NCBI GenBank assembly: GCA_043228905.1
Contig: JBHGNT010001039.1
Location: 1 to 12,731 of the forward strand
Direction: 5' to 3'
From: Azolla caroliniana
Taxonomy: Eukaryota; Plantae; Polypodiophyta
Length of the DNA stretch: 12,731 nt
Part shown: positions 1-9,190 of the stretch, piece after piece
Layout: every line of letters begins with the position of its first letter
How positions within the stretch are numbered: the stretch's first letter is position 1
The notes under the pieces: generated by a model
What the model was told of the DNA's origin: nothing
Databases searched by the model: none
Seen by the model: only the letters and a program-made list of their open reading frames with translations
Position numbers and translations under genes: made by a program

Positions 1-144
1 GAGAGGATGCGGATAGATGTGCCAGTAGCAGGGAAGAGGATCAAAGTATTTAAGAAGCGACACGAGGACGAACTGGACCTGGCAAGCCTAGACGATGGTG
101 ACGACAACACCAACGCGGACAACGACTTGGAGAATGAAGGGTGA
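1..144 (+). mobile_element. C-terminal end of a probable Ty3/gypsy Pol (integrase tail), 5'-truncated by the window
   Basis: Frame +1 reads ERMRIDVPVAGKRIKVFKKRHEDELDLASLDDGDDNTNADNDLENEG*, with TGA at 142-144. The 'VPVAGKRIKxF' plus acidic tail resembles, from memory, the end of gypsy integrase GPY/F regions. No polypurine tract or LTR is recognisable right after it. Confidence 0.55.
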
Positions 145-761
145 TTACGGGCTGGTCTTCCCCGGCAATTGTTGTATTTGGACTATACGTTAATCTAAAT
201 TGATATGAAAAGTTTTATATTATATACATGTGCTAGAAAACAAATCTAAAATTGAAAATAGCTCCATGAGGCGGTTGATTAATCTTTGTGGCTTTTGGTA
301 GGGGTTCACCAACAGGCTCTTATCGCTAGATACATGGCGTAGCTTCTTTGTCAACGATGGGTGCATGATGTAGTTGACAACATTTTTTACATTGACATGT
401 GCCCAAGCCTTCTCTTCGTAATTGCATCGTAGTAGCCCACAAAAAGATGTTCAACCACACTAACCATTCAATCACATGGACTATGTTCAAAAAGAGATGA
501 ATGCCTTCTATCGGCGACCCAATATTTGTAATATGCCAAAGGTCGCAGAAGGATATTGGAGATGAATGCCTTGTACAAATGCATTTAGTAGGTAATACGT
601 CAAACAATAAAGCCTCAAGTCTTCCTAACTTATCCTAATATCCATAATGACCCTAATCTTACAGTGACATTCATGCAAAAAGTTTTATAGACTTGACAAG
701 GTATTCTCCCACTCCCACTCCTACCGCCTTGTTTCACGTCGGGTTCACCAAAGATGTTGCA

Positions 762-1010
762 AAAATACGACGAGTGTCGTGAACTTGAGGTAGGACCCCG
801 GGTCCTCCGACCAAAGGATATGAGATTCATGCGTTTATACTTTTAACAATTAACGGAAATGAGAAATATTGTAATTTTCTTTTCCTTTGCTAATGAAAAA
901 TTACAATATTTTCTCATTTCCGTTAATTGTTAAAAGTATAAACGCACTGATATCCTTTGGTCGGAAGCCCTGGGGTCCTACCTCAAGTTCACGTATCCTC
1001 GTCGTATTTT
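762..1010. repeat. Long inverted repeat / fold-back (arms ~762-878 and ~897-1010, loop ~18 nt); MITE-like
   Basis: TGCGTTTATACTTTTAACAATTAACGGAAATGAGAAA (830-866) has its reverse complement at 910-946. CGTGAACTTGAGGTAGGACCCC (778-799) pairs with GGGGTCCTACCTCAAGTTCACG (972-993). AAAATACGACGAG pairs with CTCGTCGTATTTT. The mirrored ORFs 630-830(-) and 887-1081(+) are a by-product of this symmetry. Confidence 0.95.
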
Positions 1011-1129
1011 CACCACAATGCTCTAACTCAGTACGTTCCACACGCTATGCAATTTCCTACCCTGTACCACGATCACCTTGATACGTACCCCGAAGGACTG
1101 AGGGTAGGCCATGTTCCTAACCGGCAACA

Positions 1130-1780
1130 CTTGGTTGCTGAACATGAGAACAAGTGACTGAAGAGTATTCGATTACATCTTCATACAAGGAGTTATCGGA
1201 AAATTTTATTGCTTTTAAGGATTGGGTTAGTATTACATATTTGAAATTTGCCATTCTAGTTTATTACATATGTGAACAATGTATGAGTTACTTCTTTTGT
1301 TGTTTCACATAGAAACCATGTCATAGCAAGAAGCCTGGAGAAGTCAAAGACAAACATGATTTTCCAGCTTCCTTTCTTGCCCATCTTGAAAGAGCACAGA
1401 AACAAAACAATCGGTGCTTAATGAAGGCATTCGATGTGGACGATTACGGAACTTTCAAGAAGTTTAGCCACAAAAATGATATCACCCAAGAATTGTATTA
1501 TAATGTGTACTATGGTGATGTGCCGAAGATGATCCAGAAGTTGCCAAACAAGCATTACACGTTACTCATTGTGGATATTCCATACGATTAATATATGGTC
1601 GGATCTTCTTATGATGATTAACCATTTAGGTTCAAACAATTGGAGAAAATGGTGAAGGATTTCGCAAAAGTTGACCAAAACGAGCTTGTGGAGAATAGTG
1701 GTCTTTCATAGCATGGACCAAAGATATTCTATGGCTCAAGCGTTGAGATCTCGTTGTCATGGTGTAGAGAACCTTGTTTG
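1130..1780 (+). pseudogene. Spliced pseudogene fragment of a beta-class amino (N6-adenine/N4-cytosine) DNA methyltransferase-like protein
   Basis: Exon ~1130-1225 (frame +2) reads LGC*T*EQVTEEYSITSSYKELSENFIAFKDW. It is followed by a phase-0 intron 1226-1312 (GTTAGT...CTTCTTTTGTTGTTTCACATAG). Exon 1313-1780 reads ...ELYYNVYYGDVPKMIQKLPNKHYTLLIVDIPYD*YMVGSSYDD*PFRFKQLEKMVKDFAK, then after a +1 frameshift near 1670, LTKTSLWRIVVFHSMDQRYSMAQALRSRCHGVENLV(W). It ends at donor TG|GTAAGC (1781). DIPY lies at 1574-1585. Stops are at 1139, 1145, 1589 and 1619. Confidence 0.7.
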
Positions 1781-4700
1781 GTAAGCCTTACTTTTGGGTG
1801 TGACCATAATGAGTCTCCAAGTGTATCCACTATATGATACATGTGTATGGATGTCCTCATTCATGTGTGTGTATTGGGAAAACTCTAGATGATATTTCAC
1901 ATGGACTTTATGTCCATAGTGTCCATATGTTTGATTTTCTTCTTTCTTACTAACATTAGAGTAAGGTATTATATCGGGCCGCATTCACTAAGTATTAGAG
2001 TGCATAATGCATAATCACTAACTATAGCTATCAAATGTTGTATACACCATGTTCGTAACCTGTAATTTAATTACATTTTATGTCTAGAGGTCATGATTTT
2101 CTCAATATTTCAACCAACTTTGCAAATTACATAATATAGCATTTAAATTGAATAAGCAATTGTCATATTCTTAATTTTAAATAAATTTTGTATTCAGAGA
2201 TCATCAACTTTATAAATATTCAAAGAATACATGTTTTTTACTTTAAAACTTGTTAACTATTAATAATTTAGCAAATTCTATATGGGTTGACGAACATGTG
2301 ATACTAATGTAACAAGTTTCTATATATTGCATAAATTTGCAAAATTATAAAAAGAATCTAAAAATGGAATGCACTATCCTTCCACTTCTGAACGCGAACG
2401 TGTTAATTATAGGATCATGTTATGACATTGAGAGCATGTCAAAACCTTTATGAACTCTTTCAATGGGTCTCTCTATTTGAGGGACGTATGACTCCACAAG
2501 GTCATCTAACTCTTTTAAACAAAACCCTAAGTCCTAGAGAAATTCCATCAAGGCTCTTGTCAAGATTACAATCAATTTTTAGAGTCACGCGTGATCGTGT
2601 GGAAGTTGATGATGTATTTGTAAACCCACCAGTTGTAGGTTTCAGCCCATGCTAGAAGTCAAGCTGGTTACGACGTTTGGTACATCTCTAGTATGTCCTA
2701 ACAAAATAAAGCAAGATAATCAAGAAACTATGGACTAAAATATGGCTAATGTTTCTTGACATACAAACCTTTCAAGACCCTCCATCTTGTCAAGTCAGTC
2801 TAGTTGGATCTTTCAATCAAACCTTATTGCATTATTTGCAACATGATAACAATGTAGGAAGTGCCCTTGACGGTGCCTATACGTGTTCTTGGTTTTGGTG
2901 ATGGTTTTGGTGATGGTGGTTGTACATGAGTTGTCCTCCTAGTTTGTGTTTGCAATGGCATTAGAGAAGCACTTACGGAGGTCATCATACTCGAGCGTTT
3001 GTAAGAGAGCCAAGTGTGATATTATATCCTCATCTGTATACCCCGATACCATCGTGCAACTATATGGAGAATATAAGTGTTGGGATGGTTGATGGTAATT
3101 TCTCCAACATAAGTTCCATAATACCTAAAACACGTACATAAACAATTCTAGTATGTATGTGTGTGCATGAATGATTGATTGTAGGAATGAATGTGTGCAT
3201 CAATTTATGTATGCTATATGTGTGTGACTGAATGTGTATGTATGAATGAGAATCTTGTGTATAAATGTTAGTTTGAATATATTTATGCTAGTTTATAATT
3301 GAATTGTTAAACGTAAGGTATCTATGTGTACGAGTGTATAAATGTACGTGCATGAATGTGTTCATTAATAAATTATTATATGGATGTTTGTATATGATTG
3401 TGGTAATGAGTACATATATATGAAATCATAAATAGCCTGAATAATGTGCATGTGTCCATTACCATACACACTTACATTACAATTTAACAATGAAGTCCCA
3501 AGTACCTTTGAGATATTGGATATATTTTTCTCGTGAATTAGAATGCTTGATGATAATATAAAAGGAAAGAAGGTGGTCAATACAATGGTCCATGCATTGG
3601 GACATGAAGATTATAACAAGGGTGTAAGTGTGGTGTAGAACAACTTCGCATCATTTGATCGTGAAGTGCCCAATGATAAGGCTAAAGATAAGAACATGTG
3701 TGAAAACGAGATCCCTTGGAATAGTTTGGACAATGCCGTGACATAAATCTCCAAGGCTTCAAGCCTAGCCTACACTACATTGGAAAATATGAGAGGACCA
3801 TTGGCATTGTGCAACAATATGCACCTTAGAAGCTTTGAGTTGGAGCACTACTATACCCGGTAATGGAAATAAGAAGGTTGAAGGTTGTCTAGATGATGGC
3901 ATGAATGTCCTCTCCAAAACTTCATCCCCAAGCTTCACTATACTTTGTAACTTTATGAAGCAATGAAGTTATATGGGAACAAAGAATATGTAAAGGCCAA
4001 ATTTGAGAAGTCATTTGCCATATAGAAACATTTAATACATGCATAAAATCATAAACATACATACAATTGTACTTTGTACATATATAAACATACAATCATT
4101 AATTTATACAAATGCATACATTCATTCATTTACACATGCATATAACAATCACACACGCACATTTTTTACAATCATTTGCATACAATCATAGAAATATAAA
4201 TGCATTAATTTATATACATATAAACATTGGCATAAGCTCTTCATCATTGCGACTTGTCATTTTATTTCCATTTGACATTCCTCACCATCTAGTTCTATAT
4301 GTAGCTCAAATTTTAATGGTAACTACTAACGGAGGAGTAATAGGAACACTTCAAGAAAAGGAAATGAAGAACTATAAATAAAAGGGGTTGTACTCCCCTA
4401 AACTATATTACGGATAATGTTGCTTTCCATTACTTTATGAATGATAGATTAAGTAGAGTAGGCCTTTGACATTTATCTCATTATACTGCAAATTACATTT
4501 TGCTTGATTTATACTTCATTTTCCATATATTTTAAGTAGAGTAATGCAAATATGGTCAAAACGATAGATGATGAAAAAAAAAACCATAAAAAATGTGGAA
4601 AAAAAACCTAATCCAAATTATGTTATTTAGATTTCGTAGATTAGACAAATAAAATTGCATATTGTATGTTATGTTGTTATTGAAGTTATGGAAAAAGGAT

Positions 4701-5096
4701 GGATCATGGGAGACGATACAATACCCCCCCAAAAAGAACAAAAAAATACGAAGAATATGCTGGGTAGGAATCTCCTCAAGGTCAACACAGATACAGAGGG
4801 TAGTGCGCACAGATGATGTTCAAAAGAATTCCTCTCTACATAATTTCCTGAAAAAGAGGTTTGAATATAATGAGTCTGTGCAGATTAAATTTTTCAATGA
4901 GTTGAATGGCGATTGAGCAGTGCATGATCTGTGGGTCTCCCCTTTAGATGACCTTACGAACGAGGAGAGCTCAATCAGAATCTCCTGGTTCTAGCAGCGA
5001 CACATCAATCCATCCTTACAGCGAAGGATTGACCAAAATGCATGATTCTCTGCAGATGATCCTCTCTGAGCAATAGACCATGACTTGCTCATTCTG

Positions 5097-5147
<51 letters not shown>
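5097..5147. repeat. (TATACA)n microsatellite, ~8 units, continuing into a degenerate AT/AC tract to ~5200
   Basis: Directly visible tandem hexamer. It produces the spurious YIYIYI and VYVYVY ORFs. Confidence 0.97.
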
Positions 5148-5201
5148 TACATATACATGATATATATTATGTATATGTGTATGTATACATACATTATTAC
5201 A

Positions 5202-5252
5202 TATATAAACCCCTCTCTCTCTCTCTCTCCCTCGTCCCTTCCACCCCCTCAG
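5202..5252 (+). promoter_or_regulatory. Putative core promoter of the GLR gene: TATA box plus CT-rich (Y-patch) leader
   Basis: TATATAAA at 5202-5209 is followed by (CT)n at 5213-5229 and a pyrimidine tract, ~90 nt before ATG 5299. This is the usual plant Pol II arrangement. Confidence 0.55.
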
Positions 5253-5298
5253 TTCACACTTGGCCACCCGTTGGGGCCGTCATTCTCATCCCCCGACC

Positions 5299-5625
5299 AT
5301 GTATGCTCCAATGGGCCTCATCACGGCTCTCCTAGTGCTTGCCATCTTCTTCTCCCCTGAATTTCCGACTGCGCACGCGACCAATTCCTCCAACTTGAAG
5401 ATCCTTGTTCCTCTCAAACTTGGATTCGAGGAGTTTGTGAGTTGGCAATCGTCTGAGATACCGGTCACGCCCAACTCCGTCGTCAATTTCTCCGGCTTCG
5501 CCATCAATGTGTTTCAAGAATGCGTTGAGAAGCTTAATTATCGTATTAATTACACATTAATTGGCTATGGAGATGGCCTTGTAGACCCAACCTATAATGA
5601 CCTTGTGCAAAAGCTTGTCTCTAAG
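5299..5625 (+). CDS. GLR: Glutamate receptor-like (GLR) channel, exon 1: signal peptide plus start of the S1 ligand-binding segment
   Basis: MYAPMGLITALLVLAIFFSPEFPTAHA is a hydrophobic core with an A-x-A cleavage site. It is followed by LKILVPLKLGFEEFV...FSGFAINVF...LNYRINY...YGDGLVDPTYNDLVQKL, matching plant GLR S1 (LRIGVP..F.EFV...GFCIDVF...GDG...P.Y..LV). Donor AAG|GT at 5626, phase 0. Alternative start ATG at 5311. Confidence 0.9.
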
Positions 5626-6671
5626 GTATTACATTAGCTATACCTAATTTTTTTTTGTTTTTGTTGTAGTAATGACACTTAATTTTCGTAAAAATCAATC
5701 GCTTAAGGTTAATCATTTATGATAAATGGACCTCGATAATGTGTTTATATCTATGTTAGCAAGAATTTCTACGTGCACATTAATGATAGAAAAGACATAA
5801 GGGATTGTGGCAATCCTCAAGTAGGATGTCATGGCTAGACAGGGAGAAACTAATATCTAAGTCCATAAAATACCTCGAGATTATATGTAACAAATTACTA
5901 AGATTGTCCTAATATAATACCCCTTACCATGGAATCTCGTTCAAAGATTGACATAGGCACTAACAAATTGTTGATAATTCCATCTATAATTGAGGGTTTG
6001 ATCCAGTGGACAAGAGTTTGAACTCCAATACATATGAGTGTTTTAAAAGTAATTTTTAGCATCGCTAAAATTATTTTGACATTCCATGATATACTATTCA
6101 AGCATCGGTTGGCCAAGGTAATGTTTTCTAGTTATTCTTGTAAGATCTATTTGATTAATTGTGCAAGATCTATATTTCTTAGCGCCAAATAAGTCAAATA
6201 TGAGAGGCTTATTCGGTGAATAATTGGTTTTGTTGTATTGTATGGAAAAGCTACTCTCAAGAGAGTACGATGTGCTCACTTCGAAGAGATAAAGTAACTT
6301 TGTTAGTAATCCTTGTGTAGAATGGTCCAAGGAATAGTTTGAGCAAATTTAATACCAAAGATTGAAATTTTTACTCAAAGAAATACATGTGCAATCAAGT
6401 ACAAGTGTATGGAGTAAGAGCCAAAAATGTATGCACTATAATAAGTGTGATGAATATCGTAGCACCATGACATACCTTGGCAACTTTGATGTAAACGGTG
6501 TGAGTAAATCTCCAAGGTATGTAGCTCATGAATAATTCGACTGATTATTTCCACTGCTTGATAATGATATTTACGTAGCATACAACAAGTTGGATTAATA
6601 AGGTTTTAATTAATTATGTGCTCCAGGAATACGTTTGTATTGGTTTTCACTGTATGCATGCATGGTCATAG

Positions 6672-6955
6672 GACGTAGATGGAGTAGTTGCTGATTTGAC
6701 GATCACTAGTGACCGGTTAAAGTTAGTAGACTTTACCCAGCCATATATAGAATCGAGTCTTCAAATGATTGCGCCACTTCAACCTAGGAGTAATATTTCA
6801 TTCTGGACATTCATTTCCCCTTTCTCTTGGCAACTTTGGATAACCATTGGAGCATTATTTATTGTCACAATGTCTTTGATCTTCTTCGTGGAATGGTGTG
6901 GCCAAGCTCATGAACATAATGGAGATTGGAGAAAGGCCTTCTCAAAATCGTTTTG
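6672..6955 (+). CDS. GLR: GLR exon 2: end of S1, pre-M1 and M1 helix
   Basis: Acceptor CATAG ends at 6671. Translation DVDGVVADLTITSDRLKLVDFTQPYIESSL...FWTFISPFSWQLWITIGALFIVTMSLIFFVE...SF(W) contains the GLR hallmarks VDFTQPY.ES.L and W.F..PF...LW. Donor TG|GTAAG at 6956, phase 2. Confidence 0.95.
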
Positions 6956-7913
6956 GTAAGAACTCATGATCACCTCATATCATATTGTTTGTATCAAACC
7001 ACATTTTTCAACACCTCATATTAGTGTGTAATATAAACGCACACCACATATGAATGCGAATATTTAATTGTATATATTGATAATAAATATGTTAAATTGG
7101 AGTCATAATATGGCATTGATGGCAATTGACAATGTGTGGAACAACTTTCAATAACAGGTACTATGACATTGACAAGGGATGCAATACTCTCTTAGGTGGA
7201 GGGTTTGTCGAGGTAGTGTTTATAGCAAAAAGAAGTCAAGACAAACCCAAAGACAGATGTCTTGGGTTTACGGTTTAGGGTTTAGGAACATGGAATTAAA
7301 GGAGGTACGGGCTGGGAGTACATGTGTAATATCGCGCTCTATATCCAAAGGAAGTTAACCCAAACCCGAAGATAGATGTCTAGGTTTCTCAAGTAACCCT
7401 CACCTAATAGGGTTTAGGGTTTCATAGTAACTGCTACCCAATTGCTCTAGATTGTTTTCTAGGAGCTATTTAGACACCAATCTTACGATTGATTGCTAGC
7501 CATAGTTGGTTGGGAGATTAGTTACAAGCATAAACTGAAATACATGAAAGGGATAGATATCATGAGGAATGCCGGAAGACAATGTGTCGTTGAAGAAGAG
7601 AAAAATCTAGAGACGTGAACCATGTGTAGAGTTCATCATAACAATAAATATATTAGGAAAATAAATATATCAAGCAGCTAAAATTACAAGTTAGTTACCT
7701 TCGATGGAGAGTCACCTGGGTGTTGAAGGACTATAGACTATGCCCTCACTAGTGCGCATTATATAATTGAGTACCTAACTAACATACTACGCCTTGCCTC
7801 ATCTCATCTTTGAAGATCCTTGTCCCATTAGGAGCATCTACCGTTCAACAAAGCTTTTGCTTGAGTACATGACAATAGAAGAGTATTCTTGCCCAAATCT
7901 TCAACTACAAACG

Positions 7914-8056
7914 TGTTGGTCTTCGATTACTGAGATTCGTGAGGAAATCCGATGATGAAATGCACAATAATGCGGGAACAAAAAAATAGGCAATGCACAG
8001 AGTACACAGTTTTACGTGGAAACCCTAAACAGGGAAAACCACGGGAATAGAGATCC
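7914..8056 (-). repeat. Truncated 3' LTR remnant (143 bp)
   Basis: Starts TGTTGGTCTTCGAT and aligns without gaps to 11135-11277, with about 22 mismatches in 143 nt by hand count. It then runs directly into the RNase H end. Confidence 0.9.
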
Positions 8057-9190
8057 TTGTCCTTTGTCGACTTACTTTGAGTTTGTCCATCGATAGGTTC
8101 TTTGTGAGCATGTCGTATCCATTTTGGTCAGTATGGATCTTCGCAAGAGTAAACTCTCCATCTTCCACTCTCTCCCATAACCAGTGATACCTTCTCTATA
8201 TGTGCTTGGTTCAGGAGTGGTACATAGCATTCTTGGCTAGATGTATGGGGTTGTGGCTATCACAGTGAAGCAAGGATTCCCTTTGCTTCATTCCTAACTC
8301 ACTGAGAAAATTTCTCATCCAGATCAGCTCTTTGCCAGCGTCTACCGCTGCCATATACTCTGCCTCTATGGTCAACAAGGCCACATATTTTTGAAGTTGT
8401 GATTGCCACGACATTACTCCCCATGCATAAGTCATCATGTACCTTGAAGTAGATGAAATTGAGTTTGTGTCCCCCAATGTTTCCGAGTCGGTAAACCCTT
8501 CAACCATACCTTAGGCATACCCCAAAGGTGGCTTTCAAGTACCTGAGTATCTATTTAATAGTTGCCCAATGTTCTCTTCCTAGATTACTCCTATATCGGC
8601 TTACTGTCCCCATAGCAAATGCTATGTATGGTCTCGTACAAACCATAACATACATTAAACTGCCGACGGCTTTAAAGGCATATCGTACTTTCCTCATCTC
8701 AACCTTTTCTTTTTCACCCCTTAGGCATTGCTTAACATTTAGCTTAGTTGGTCGGTGACATAGAGCCGACTAGCTTTGCTTCCGACATGTTGAATCTTTC
8801 TAGGATCTTTGTCACATACTTCTCTTGTGACAACCACAACACTTTCTTAGTTCTGTCCCAAACTATGTGCATCCCTAAAATCTGTTTAGCGGGTCCAAGT
8901 TCTTTTATTGCAAACGACTTGCCTAGAGCTTTCTTTAAGCTCACGATCCTCTTCGTGTCTTGTCTGACTATCAAGATGTTATCCACATATAATAAGAGAA
9001 TTAAGAAGTAACCCTCATCATACCTCTTTACGTACACATACTAATCAACTTGTGTTTTCTGGAACCTATATTCCAACATGAAGGACTCGAACTTCTTATA
9101 CCATTGCCATGGAGCTTGTTTCGAACCATACAAGATTTTCTTTAGTTGACATAGTAGGTTCTCTTTCTCTTTCTCCGCAAAGACTTTGGG
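8057..9190 (-). pseudogene. pol: Copia reverse transcriptase (C-terminal part) and RNase H, disrupted
   Basis: CQLKKILYGSKQAPWQWYKKF; LLLYVDNILIV with catalytic YVDD changed to YVDN (8978-8989); IEAEYMAA; HCDSH; DMLTKNL. Contains stops and a frameshift near 8507-8528. Confidence 0.92.

Noticed and set aside
326-607. 93-aa minus-strand ORF and a stop-interrupted plus frame (MDYVQKEMNAFYRRPNICNMPKVAEGYW)
   Set aside because: No recognisable motif. It may be decayed coding sequence but I cannot support a call.
630-1081. ORFs 630-830(-) and 887-1081(+) sharing LISFGR..GPTSSSR
   Set aside because: The similarity comes from the inverted repeat, not from paralogous proteins.
1941-2015. CTAAC...TAG acceptor-like site as the next methyltransferase exon
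   Set aside because: The spliced frame gives a stop at the junction, no W-x-K continuation and no FxGxG. The C-terminal half was not found in the window.
2890-2917. 12-bp tandem repeat TGGTTTTGGTGA x2.3
   Set aside because: An ordinary slippage duplication.
5066-5090. TGAGCAA...TTGCTCA 7-bp inverted repeat upstream of the GLR
   Set aside because: Too short to distinguish from chance.
5016-5360. ORFs with YIYIYI / VYVYVY runs
   Set aside because: These are translations of the (TATACA)n and (CT)n microsatellites.
5898-6581. Three short minus-strand ORFs in GLR intron 1
   Set aside because: AT-rich intron sequence with no motifs.
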